Source: Pristiophorus japonicus (lineage: Eukaryota). Taken from it: DNA of 64,000 nucleotides. The notes below the pieces were generated by a model that saw nothing but the letters and a program-made list of their open reading frames with translations, was not told the DNA's origin and ran no database searches. A program made the position numbers and the translations under genes. Below are positions 36,167-47,270 of this stretch, one piece after another (the first letter of the stretch is position 1; each line of letters starts with the position of its first letter). The stretch is from NCBI RefSeq assembly GCF_044704955.1, contig NC_091997.1:85684001-85748000 (forward strand), given 5' to 3'.

Positions 36167-36643
36167 ATTCAACTGATATATTTTTGATTAAAGAAAATTT
36201 GTCGCTGACAGTGTCAGAGGGAGAGAATGTGACTTTACCCTGCCAGTTTGAGAATATAAAACCACTCCCCTTCACTCTGTTTTGGTTCAGATCTGGAAAC
36301 GTCAACAAGTGTCTGCACTCTGTTCACACTGAGGATCATGCTGCACATTCTAACACACGTTGCTGTGTGGATAGAGAGTCATCACAAAGAATCTCTACCC
36401 AAAGCTCACACAATCCTTTGGTTAGCCGCCAGTCTCACAACCTTACTATTCACTCAGCGGGCCTGGTGGACACTGGGAGGTATCTCTGTGCTGTACACAG
36501 TCAGGATTCAGGGAAACCTGTCTGGAAGATTGCAGCAAACATCTCCCTTGTGACAGAGCCCAGTGCAGAAACTTCAGACACTCCCACCTCAACATCTGGA
36601 ATATCCTCAGAGAGCAGCAGCATAACTTGTACAAATACTCAAA
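36167..36643 (+). CDS. Receptor copy B exon 3, V-set Ig domain D2 plus S/T stalk
   Basis: EGENVTLPC, LFWFR, LTIHSAGLVDTGRYLC; ttatag acceptor, A|gtaagt donor, 477 nt, phase 1-1. Confidence 0.93.
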
Positions 36644-36847
36644 GTAAGTGATGCAATCTAAAACATAATGTGAACCATTTAATATCAATAATTCAAGGTG
36701 TGAGATTCCAGGTCCATTGTCCAGTTTGTACCCTTTAGAAGTTACTTTGATTTCCTTCCTTTGCCATTGCACTATTCTAGATTGTAACCAGAAAAGTATG
36801 TTCCTCAGCCCAGGTAACCAGTGTAATGAGCAGCAGGAAATCTTCAG

Positions 36848-36913
36848 ACACTCCCACCTCAACATCTGGAATATCCTCAGTGACCGGAAGCATTACTCCT
36901 ACAAATATACAAA
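36848..36913 (+). CDS. Possible optional 66-nt stalk exon (TPTSTSGISSVTGSITPTNIQ)
   Basis: Duplicate of the 3' end of exon 3 including the gtaagt donor; in frame from a weak ttcag acceptor. Confidence 0.35.
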
Positions 36914-36989
36914 GTAAGTGATACAATCTAGAGCATGATGTGAACCATTTTATATCAATAATTCAATATAAATAATATAAGTAATTCTT

Positions 36990-38070
36990 TCACACAATGT
37001 CCCAGACTCCTCCATCACCTTCCCAGGGTATGTCCGGTCCCACCGGCAGGACAGACCCACCAGAGGTGGCGGCACAGTGGTATACAGTTGGGAGATAGTG
37101 GTCCTGGGAGTCATAGAAACATAGAAACATAGAAAATAGGTGCAGGAGTAGGCCATTCGGCCCTTCAAGCCTGCACCGCCATTCAATGAGTTCATGGCTG
37201 AACATGAAACTTCAGTACCCCATTCCTGCTTTCTCGCCATACCCCTTGATCCCCCGAGTAGTAAGGACTACATCTAACTCCTTTTTGAATATATTTAGTG
37301 AATTGGCCTCAACAACTTTCTGTGGTAGAGAATTCCACGGGTTCACCACTCTCTGGGTGAAGAAGTTTCTCCTCATCTCGGTCCTAAATGGCTTACCCCT
37401 TATCCTTAGACTGTGACCCTTGGTTCTGGACTTCCCCAACATTGGGAACATTCTTCCTGCATCTAACCTGTCTAAACCCATCAGAATTTTAAACGTTTCT
37501 ATGAGATCCCCTCTCATTCTTCTGAACTCCTCAACATTGACTCCCTAACATCGTAAAGTCTCATGGCATCAGGTCAAACATGGGCAAGGAAACCTCCTGC
37601 TGATTACCACCAACCGCCCTCCCTCAGTTGATAAATCAGTACTCCTCCATGTTGAACAGCACTTGGAAGAAGCACTGAGTGGTTCGGTAGCACCACTACT
37701 GACCGACCTAGCCTCGTCCTGAAGGACATCCTTGCCAGACTGGGCCTATGGCAGATGGTGAAAGAACCAACATGAGGGAAAAACATACATGACCACATCC
37801 TCACCAATCTACCTGTCACAGATGCATCTGTCCATGACAGTATTGGAAAGAGTGACCACTGCACAGTCCTTGTGGAGACAAAGTCCCATCTTCACACTAA
37901 GGACACCCCTGCATCATGTTGTGTGGGTCTACCACTGTACTAAATGGGATCTCAGTGTCAGTATTCTATGGACAAATACGTAAGCTGCTCCAAGATTAAT
38001 GTGCTCATCTAAACTGCGATCTCTGAAAACCAGGGAGGTCCTGAGGGAGGGAGGGAAGGGGTCAGTAGGA

Positions 38071-38107
<37 letters not shown>

Positions 38108-39990
38108 AGGCCTGTGCAGCAGAGCCTAGTCTCCAATCATCTTGGGTCCCCTTGCCATTGGACCAAGACCCAGCTCTGTCAAGTCTGTGTGGTGGCTGGT
38201 GTGCAACGGCCACCCCATATTAAAAGGATTTATGGTGCATAGGCATCTTCCACCCTTTAAAATGAAGTTCGAGATCTGGCCCGCATTAGTCTCATCAGTC
38301 ACCTTAGAACTCATTTTAGTGTGGAAGCAAGTCATGCTCAACTCCGGGGCACTGCCTAAGAAGAGAGAAGAAGAAATGGGATAGATTCAGAAAAGACCTT
38401 GCAGATAAAACTGGGCATTCATGAGGGCCATCATCAGCAGCAGAATTGTATTCCACAACAATCTGTGACCTCATGTCCCGGCATATCCCTCACTCTACCA
38501 TTACAATTAAGCCAGGGGACCAACCCTGGTTCAATGAAGCGTGTAAAAGAGCATGCCAGGAGCAGCACCAAGCACACCTAAAAATGAGGTGCCAACCTGC
38601 TGTAGCTACACTACATGCATGCTAAACAGCACATGCAGCATGCTATAGGCAGAGTGAAGCGATTCCACAACCAACGGATCAGATCAAAGCTCTGCAGTCC
38701 TGCCACATGCAGTCATGAATGGTGGTGGACAATTAAACAACTAAGGGGAAGAGGCTCCATGAACATCCCCATCCTCCATGATGGCAAAGCCAGCACGTGA
38801 GTGCAAAAGACAAGCAGAAGTGTTTGCAACCATCTTCAGCCAGAAGTGGTGTGCGGATGATTCATCTCGGCCTCCTCCGGAGGTCCCCAATATCACAGAA
38901 AACAGTCTTCAGCCAATTTGATTCACTCCATGTCATATCAAGAAATAGCTGACGCACTGGATACGGCAAAGTCTATGGGCCCCGACAGTATCCCGACTGC
39001 AGTGCTGAAGACTTTTGTCCCACAACTTACCCTGCCTCTATCCAAGCTGTTCCATTAAAGCTACATCACTGGCGTCTACCCAACAAAGTGGAGAATTGCC
39101 CAGGTATGTATGTTCATGATTGCAGTCTTCTGTTCCATTTGCAACCCCTCAGATAATAAAGCAGTCCATGTCTGTATGCAGCAAGACCTGGACAACATTC
39201 AGACTTTGACTGATAAGTGGCAAGTAACATTTGCGCAACACAAGTGCCAGGGAATGACCATCTCCAACAAGAGAGAGTCTAACCACCTTCACTTGATATT
39301 CAACGGCATTACCTTCACTGAATCCCCACCATCAACTTCCTAGGGGTCAGCATTGACCAGAAACTTAACTGGACCAGTCACATAATTGCTGTGGCTAGAA
39401 GAGCAGGTCAGAGGCTGGGTATTCTGCGGCGAGTGTCTCACCTCCTGACTCCCCAAAGTCTTTCCACCATCTACAAGGCACAAGTCAGGAGTGTGATGGA
39501 ATGATGAGTTGAGCTCCAACAATTTGATGCTCGACACCATCAGGATTAAGGAGCCTGCTTGATTTGCATTCCAACCACATGTTAAACGTTCACTCCCTCC
39601 ACAACCAGCGTACCGTGGCTGCAGTGTGTACCATCCACGATGCACTGCAGCAACTCACCAAGGCTTCTTCGGCAGCACCTCCCAAACCCGTGACCTCCAC
39701 CATGTAGAAGATCAAGGGCAGTAGAATGGATTGTGACTTGGAGAGGAACATCCTCATCTCCAAGTTCCCCTCAGTCACACACCATCCTGACTTGTAAATA
39801 TATCACTGATCTTTTATCGTCGCTGGTCAAAATCTTGGAACTCCCTCTCTAACAGCACTGTGGGAGTACCTTCATCACGTGGACTGCAGCGGTTCAAGAA
39901 GGTGGCTCACCACCACCTTCTCACGGGCAATAAGAGATGGGCAATAAATTTTGGCCTTGTCAATGATGCCCACATCCCATGACTGAATAC
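36990..39990 (+). mobile_element. Degraded LINE (endonuclease-RT remnants) with nested insertions and (TG)n at 38072-38105
   Basis: QQDLDNIQ...WQVTFAQHKCQ (39110..39343); SDH-like AGTGACCAC at 37851. Confidence 0.75.
37113..37529 (-). mobile_element. Short 3' fragment of the young CR1 family
   Basis: ORF 37212..37517 matches the CR1 ORF2 C-terminus; same tail as 142-4137. Confidence 0.95.
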
Positions 39991-40197
39991 AACAGAAATT
40001 AAGCGAGAGATTCAAGAGCAATTGTCCACTTTGTACCCATTAGACGTTGGTTCGATTTTCTTCCTTCGCAATTGCACTTTTCCAGATTGTAACAGAAAAG
40101 TATCTTCCTCGGCCCAGGTAACCAGTGTGATCAGCTGTACATATAAGACGGCATTGCACAAACTGAACTTAATGTTGCTTCTCCTATGCATTTCCAG

Positions 40198-40317
40198 ACC
40201 CTGCCATCACTGTGAACGTAGCCATAGTGTGTCTGATTGTACTCATTTGCATTGTTGGGATAGTTTGCATTATTGGGGTAGTTTGCCGAAGGAAACGACA
40301 ATCTGTCAAAGGTAAAG
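40198..40317 (+). CDS. Receptor copy B transmembrane exon
   Basis: tttccag acceptor; phase-1 frame gives PAITVNVAIVCLIVLICIVGIVCIIGVVC-RRKRQSVKGK; donor aag|gtaagc (alternative in-phase donor after 40311). Confidence 0.9.
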
Positions 40318-40427
40318 GTAAGCAAGAGCGTTAAAATGTTTGATCTAAATCTATAAAATTGTAAGAGCAGATTCCTTACATAGATTCTTACATTTATCTT
40401 TCCCATCTTACGGCATGTGTTGTGAAG

Positions 40428-40449
40428 GATCCTCAGCACCAGGACCCAG
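40428..40449 (+). CDS. Receptor copy B 22-nt micro-exon (GSSAPGP)
   Basis: gaag acceptor, cag|gtaggg donor; supplies the phase 1 to 2 shift needed to read the next exon without a stop. Confidence 0.65.
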
Positions 40450-40546
40450 GTAGGGATGGGATTTGATCAGTATTTCGGCAGACTTTCTGTATAATTTTGC
40501 TCATTTAATGGAACATTTACAGGTTACTTTTCTTTGCTAACTGTAG

Positions 40547-40581
40547 GGCCGGTGATGTGCAGCTGACACAAGTGGCTGAAT
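40547..40581 (+). CDS. Receptor copy B 35-nt exon (RAGDVQLTQVAE)
   Basis: ctgtag acceptor, T|gtaagt donor; only the phase 2-1 frame is open. Confidence 0.7.
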
Positions 40582-40675
40582 GTAAGTGACTAGAATTGCT
40601 GGCCAGCTCTTCCGATCCTGGCCCTTTGAGAGTTGAAACTAAAAGCACACATGGTGTTCCCGCCCTTCTGTCCAG

Positions 40676-40862
40676 GTTTCCCGTACTCTGTGGTTCCCAG
40701 GAAGGATCAGAGCGATGACAACGAGCCTGTTGCGTACTCGGTGACAAGAGTTCCAACGCCGTCGAGCCAGCCAAGGCCTGGTGAAGGAATGGAGAGCACT
40801 GGCCCAAACATTGACTCTACAGAGCATGTGTACTGTTTGATCGAGGAGTCAATGGTCAAAGG
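40676..40862 (+). CDS. Receptor copy B cytoplasmic exon with FPYSVV, VAYSVT, HVYCLI
   Basis: tgtccag acceptor, GG|gtaagc donor, 187 nt, phase 1-2; lies within ORF 40633..40866. Confidence 0.85.
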
Positions 40863-42224
40863 GTAAGCAGAGTGACAGCTGTCACCCCTCGGCTACGGTC
40901 AACACTGACCACAACTTTGTTTCAGGATGGAGGGTTAGAAGATCGTTAATGTAATGAAGGTGAGGGGAGCCCATGCTGGCAAATGGGTTACTTTTCCACT
41001 TTGGCCACACAGTATCACTTGGAGCACTCCAGATTAGGCACAGCGTAAAACTCCCTCTGGACTGTCCCAACAATGTTCCTCAACTCCAAGGTCAGGAGAG
41101 AGGTCAGACATCTTCACTTCTCACACCTCATGTCCTGTTTGAGTGGAAGGGCCAATTTAGAGGTAGTTTTGTACTGTGGCTCACATGAGCTGCAAACTGG
41201 ATCGAGATGACCAAATTAATTTCATCAAGGACCATGAGAGAAAATGTGAGAGAAAGAAAGAGACAGAGAAAGACAGAGACAGAGACAGACAGTGATAGGT
41301 TCAGACAGAGACTGCGACAGAGACAGACAGACAGTGATAGATTCAGATAGAGACTGACCTGATATTGGAATAAAGGAGCACTATCAGAAAAGCATCACAG
41401 TGCCCTTATGAAGTTATCTTTTTTTTTTAAACTCTCTCAGGACAATATTTTGGCATATGTGACCATAGTGATCAATTTCGTCCAAATATTTTACTGAATG
41501 ATTGGCAGTTTTAGGCAAGGAATTGGATTGAGGCTGAACACTCTTTGCAGAGAGGACAGCTTACATAGCAGACTCAGAGAGATAAAGAGAGATATGGAGA
41601 CAGTAACAGAGACACAGAGAGACAGAGAGAGACAGAGAGAGACAGACAGAGAGCAACACAAAGAGAGAAAGAGAAAGAGAGACAGTGTTTTGGATCGATA
41701 ATAATAGACCCAGGTTCGGGATCTGGGTGAATGTTAAATAATAGATAAGACAAATGAAGTAAAGAATTAAATACTGTTTACTGAGGGAAAAGAAATATTA
41801 ATAAAAAAGTTTACGAAGAAAAGAGAAGTATGATAAGATGCAACAACGCTGACGGCCTTCGGCCTGTCGGGAACTCTGCAACGACGGCTGGTCTGGAGCC
41901 TTGGGGGTCCCGGCACCGCTCGCGAATCGCGGTCCAAGGTGAAGTTCGAAGAGCTAAGGGACAGTGCCGCTCCTTTATACTATTAAACAAAACATGGGTG
42001 CATGTGGCTTATGGCCAACTCCTAATCTGTAACACCCCAGCTGCTTGTCCACAAAGCATGAGATCTCGAGGCGCCGACAGTCTCATAATAAGCTGGTGTG
42101 CATCTCAAGATCGCTTCCCTCTCTCTCTCTCTATAGCAACAACAATCCACGAAGCATGGAGCAGAAACACACTGTAAATGACTAAATATCATAATTAACT
42201 TTATGTGATTAACCCTCTACAATC

Positions 42225-43360
42225 GAGACGGAGATAGACAGTGAGACGGGGATCGAATAACAGACAGAGAGCGAGAAACAGAGACAGAGAGAGANNNNNN
42301 NNNNNNNNNNNNNNNNNNNNNNNNNNNNNNNNNNNNNNNNNNNNNNNNNNNNNNNNNNNNNNNNNNNNNNNNNNNNNNNNNNNNNNNNNNNNNNNNNNNN
42401 NNNNNNNNNNNNNNNNNNNNNNNNNNNNNNNNNNNNNNNNNNNNNNNNNNNNNNNNNNNNNNNNNNNNNNNNNNNNNNNNNNNNNNNNNNNNNNNNNNNN
42501 NNNNNNNNNNNNNNNNNNNNNNNNNNNNNNNNNNNNNNNNNNNNNNGACAGAGACAGGCAGAGAGACAGCGAGAGAGAGAGAGAGAGAGAGAGAGTCAGC
42601 GAGACAGGAAGAGAGAGACAGAGACAGGCAGCGAGNNNNNNNNNNNNNNNNNNNNNNNNNNNNNNNNNNNNNNNNNNNNNNNNNNNNNNNNNNNNNNNNN
42701 NNNNNNNNNNNNNNNNNNNNNNNNNNNNNNNNNNNNNNNNNNNNNNNNNNNNNNNNNNNNNNNNNNNNNNNNNNNNNNNNNNNNNNNNNNNNNNNNNNNN
42801 NNNNNNNNNNNNNNNNNNNNNNNNNNNNNNNNNNNNNNNNNNNNNNNNNGCATAGAGAGAGACAGGGAGAGACGGTGATAGGCAGAGAGAGAGAGACAGA
42901 AAGAGAGAGACGGAGACAGATAGAAACAGCGAGAAAGAGAGAGAGACAGGCAAAGAGAGACAGAGACACAGAGAGACTCAGAGCGAGAGAGAGAAAGAGG
43001 CAGGCAGAGCGAGACAGAGAGAGAGACAGGGAGAGAGACCGAGAGAGAGAGATAGATGGAGAGAAAGAGAAAGAAACAGAGAGAAAGAGAATCGGTGAGA
43101 CAATCCGAGAGTCAGAGAGTGACAGACAGAGTAACAGACAGAGAGTGACAGACAGAGAATGACAGACAGAGTGACAGACAGAGAGTGACAGACAGAGAGT
43201 GACAGACAGAGTGACAGACAGAGAGTGACAGACAGAGAGTGACAGTCAGAGAGTGACAGACAGAGAGTGACAGACAGAGAGTGACAGACAGAGTGACAGT
43301 CAGAGAGTGACAGTCAGAGAGTGACAGACAGAGAGTGACAGACAGAGAGTGACAGACAGA
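42225..43360. repeat. GA/GACA microsatellite with N runs (42295-42546, 42636-42849)
   Basis: Paralog of 4830-5830. Confidence 0.95.
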
Positions 43361-43518
43361 ATCAGGGAAAATGAATGAGGGAATTTCAGGCTGGGTTAGA
43401 CTGAAATCCAGGCCAGTGGGGAGAAAGTGACTGAATGTAGTTTCCACTTACAGCTGTTTAATATTGTTTGAATCATATGTTACTCATTTTTCACACATTT
43501 AATTTTCTGTTTTCCCAG

Positions 43519-43553
43519 TGATGACGGCAAAACTGAAATCCAGGCAGTAAAAT
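43519..43553 (+). CDS. Receptor copy B 35-nt exon (GDDGKTEIQAVK)
   Basis: Long pyrimidine tract and cccag acceptor, T|gtaagt donor, phase 2-1. Confidence 0.8.
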
Positions 43554-43626
43554 GTAAGTCGTGGCAATCTTTCAGTATCTTTCATTATCTGTCCCCACAT
43601 GGAAGTGAAACCCTCTTAATTTCTAG

Positions 43627-43892
43627 GCAGTGACCGCACGGACCATGTACCGCAGGTTGAAACCTCTTTAGCCATTGAACTCAAACCAGACGGCCAATCG
43701 CAGCCCAAAGAGGACAGTAAGGAGGATCCCGTTGCTCTGTCTAATGAGCAGACTTATTCTTTGATAGGTTGCCCGGGGACAGGGAGCCCAGGAGACACGG
43801 AGACAAGGTCTTGGCTGGAGGAAGATGATCCACAACCTGGCCCGTTAGAGATGGAAGAAAATCCTATTTATGCTAAAATAGAGGAAGCCTGA
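43627..43892 (+). CDS. Receptor copy B terminal coding exon (QTYSLI, ENPIYAKIEEA*)
   Basis: ttctag acceptor; 266 nt open to TGA at 43890-43892. The nine exons sum to 1590 nt (529 aa plus stop). Confidence 0.82.
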
Positions 43893-44915
43893 ATGTGATT
43901 GAGTAATGGGAGAAAGGCAACGGATAACTTGGTTAAACTCATTGTGGTACTAGATTTTAAAATATATATTTTACACTGGGTATTGAACACTTTCCCACTG
44001 CAGACCCCCAGGGTGGGGGAGAATTCGACATTGTTGCACTGGATTTCTGGATGGATCATGGGTGCAAAAGAGGTCCAATTTAGGAGGCCAACCCACCATG
44101 CCCGAGTAGTGTCGGAAACATGTTTGATGCCATATTGGTTTGGGCCTGTAGAGGAGTCCCTGATGTAGGCGTTAGGCTCCTTTGAATATGCTAATAAGGG
44201 GCCTACCACTTGTTCCAGGATCCAAACCGGCCATTATCACATTGCTGTTTGTGGGACCTTGCTGTGTGCAAATTAGCTGCCACTTTTCCTAAATTACAAC
44301 AGTGACTAAACTTCAAAAAATACTGAATTCGCTGTAAAGTGCTTTGCGATCTCCAGAGGTCATGAAAGGCGCTTGATAAATGCAAGTCTTTCAATTCATT
44401 CATTAATTTTGAGGGAAGGGAAACCACGCAGAATACAGGTGTACAACCGACGCTCGTTGAACACAAGTGCGTTTTCACAGATTGTAACATTGAAGCTGCT
44501 TGAAGCGCAGGATTGTGTGAGGAGATATCTTCTCCCAATGTTTCACAAATGATATAAAGCCGCTGGTGGCAGCTCCTTGCCTTTCCCGGTTTGTTCTGAG
44601 TTTTTGTGGCGACCGACACAGAACATGGAGACAGACTCAATGTGAGTTTCCACTCTCACCGACACCGGACGAGGGCGATGGGAACCCACGGTTGAAGAAT
44701 ATAACTGTAACACATTCGACGTGAAATTGGTCCTCGTCAGTTTCGACTTTGATGGAAATGAAATTCGGGCTCGGTGTGAAACGTGCGCTCGATTCGCGAT
44801 GAGCTTCACACTGCTGGCGAAGAGCAACTTCACCCCCTTGGACTCTGCTTAGATAGAACAACGCATCGCTGGTGTGTAATACGCAAAATGGAACTTGTGT
44901 GATTGGAAGTCATTC

Positions 44916-44921
44916 AATAAA
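44916..44921 (+). terminator. Candidate poly(A) signal of copy B
   Basis: AATAAA followed by a G-rich tract. Confidence 0.5.
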
Positions 44922-47029
44922 CACTGTTTAAAAATTATAACTAAATGACGAGCTGTGTCATCTGTCCAGCAGGAATTTTATGGCTAACTAATTGAATGAA
45001 TGAACTGATCTCAGTGAGGACACTGCATTTAGACTCAAGGGGAAGTGGGAGAAGGGAGGGGGAGTGGGGAGAGTGGGAGTGAGGAGGGTTTGAGGGGATT
45101 GGGAGGGATGTGTGAGTGGGCAGTGGGGAGTGGGAGGGAAGGGGGAGTGGGAGGGAGAGTGGGGAGTGAAGAGGGTGTGAGGGAAGGGGCAATGGAGAGT
45201 GGTAGGCTAGGGGGAGTGGGAGGGTGGAGTGGGGGGAGTGGGAGTGAGGAGGGTGTGGGGGGAGTGGGTTGGAGGGGGAGTGGAAGCAAATTTATGAGGA
45301 CGCTGAGAGAAGTTCATGATTGTGTAAGAGAAAGTTTGGTATAAATTGTCAGCCCCCAGCAGATCACTAAAGAGTATTTTTAAAAGCATAAAACATTTCA
45401 ATGTTGAACAATACATGTCTATCAGTAAGACAAAACGACTTTCACGCGAGAGTCACCAATCCCACACTCCTTGAGGGCAGCCATGCTCAAACGGGTCAGG
45501 GGTTAACTCTGTGACCCTCTGCTCCATTGTGTCTCCTTGAAGCAGAGCTCACTCTGACGGCAGGTTGGGGGGAGGGGGTGGGAGGGGACAGAGTCAGTGA
45601 ATTAACCCTCATAACCCTGGCATTTGCCTCATTGTCCAGCCCTTGGCTTCAGCACGATCTCTGAAACAATGGGTGCCATTTGCAATATGAGCACCACACG
45701 CAAGGACTGGTGTGTAGCAAATCCAAACGAACTCAGTACGGAAATGGAAGGAAGCGTGTGATGATTGGAAATTTTAATTGATGGGAGCAAGTCTAAAAGG
45801 CTCAGCTATTTACAGCTTGTTAGTAGAAGCGGGTGTGAGCAGAAATGCCAACCGCACTGTCGCATAAATCAAACGATGAACTCTTAAAAATCATGAGGTT
45901 TGCTCTACAAATCATGAGTTGCTATTTTTTTCCCTGACCCCTTGCTTACCTTTGATCCTGGACAGGAAGCGCAGTCCGCGACCTTTGCTCCCAGACAGGA
46001 AGCGCATTCGGCCGTCACTAACCGATTACTGACATAAGAAATAGGAGCAGGAGTGGGTGGATTGATGGCCCCGCTGTCGGGTCACTCACGGGCCAGTCTC
46101 GCTCTCCTTATCACCGTTACTCCTCCCGCAGCAAAATTTTTACTTCAGGCACCAGGAGGTGATTTCTGTTCCCACTGCAAATCCGAATAGTTGGCTGAAG
46201 AAGATTAAAAACAATCTCCCACCCATTGGATACCTGAAGTCCACCCAACTCAAATTCATGAGCGAGCATCAAAAGGGCCTCTAGAACTCCCACCGGGATT
46301 GGTTGGGAACCATATTTCAAATCTGCAGGGCTATGGGAACAAATTGGATAGCTCTTTCAACCCACGGGCACAAGCACGATGGGCTGAATGGACTCTTTCA
46401 CTGTCTGAGGTGCCGTCTTTCGGATGAGACGTGAAACTGAGGCCCTCTCAGGTGGACGCGAAAGATCCCACTGCACTATTTCAAAGAAGAGCAGGGGAGT
46501 TCTCCCGATGTCCTAGCCAACACTTATTTCAATCAAAATAACTAAAGACAGAGGATCTGGTCATTATCACATTGCTGTTTGTCAGACCTTGCTGCATGCA
46601 AATTGGCTTTCGTGTTCCGTACATTACAACAGTGACTACACTTAGAAAAGGTACTTCGTTGGCTGCAGAGCGGTTTGAGATGCCCTGAGGTCGGGCAAGG
46701 CGAGCTATAAATACAAGTCTGTCTGTCTTTCTTTCTAGCTTTTTTCTTTTCTGTCTTCATCCTACTTCGTAGACCATGTACAAGTTGCTCTATCTTAGAA
46801 ATCCCCTATTTCAATCTCTCAACCATTGGTGGCCGTGCCTTCAACTGCCAAGGCACTAAGCTCTGGAGTTCTCTCCTGTGGTCGGGATTACACCACAGGA
46901 AAACTTTCTGTCTATTATTGCTCGCTGACCCCCAAAGTAACCAAGGAACACACTTTGTTCCTGACCAATTACATTCTGTTTCAAAACTGAAAATGCTGGA
47001 AATCTCAGCGGGTCAGAGAGAAACAGAGT

Positions 47030-47270
47030 GCAGTGGGACCGAGAGTGGTGGCCGTGGGACCGAGAGCTGTGGCCATGGGACCGAGAGAGGTGGCCGTGGG
47101 ACCGAGAGCGGTGGCCATGGGACCGAGAGAGGTGGCCATGGGACCGAGAGTGGTGGCCGTGGGACCGAGAGAGGTGGCCGTGGGACCGAGAGCGGTGGCC
47201 ATGGGACCGAGAGAGGTGGCCGTGGGACCGAGAGTGGTGGCAGTGGGACCGAGAGTGGTGGCCGTGGGAC
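47030..47270 (+). repeat. 21-bp minisatellite, about 11.5 copies (GGGACCGAGAGnGGTGGCCrT)
   Basis: GGGAC recurs every 21 bp from 47035 to 47266. Confidence 0.95.

Larger units (their letters stand above)
1..41388 (+). repeat. Tandem segmental duplication, unit 1 (phase set by the window start)
   Basis: 1-141 matches 41389-41529; 4138-9533 matches 41530-47029; 12768-30958 matches 47269-57726 apart from indels; 35302-35820 matches 63355-63880. Near-identical ORF pairs appear in the track (e.g. 6354..6695 and 43868..44209). Confidence 0.95.

Noticed and set aside
36496-36534. CACAGTC directly after the YLC-AV codons, where an RSS heptamer would follow a rearranging V segment
   Set aside because: No ACAAAAACC-like nonamer at 12 or 23 bp, the frame continues through a G strand and stalk to a splice donor, and no D, J or C segments are visible.
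36167-36643. Assigning a gene symbol (CD300, TREM, SIRP, CD200R, NITR, MDIR, IgNAR)
   Set aside because: Architecture is only partly similar to each and I cannot recognise orthology without a search.
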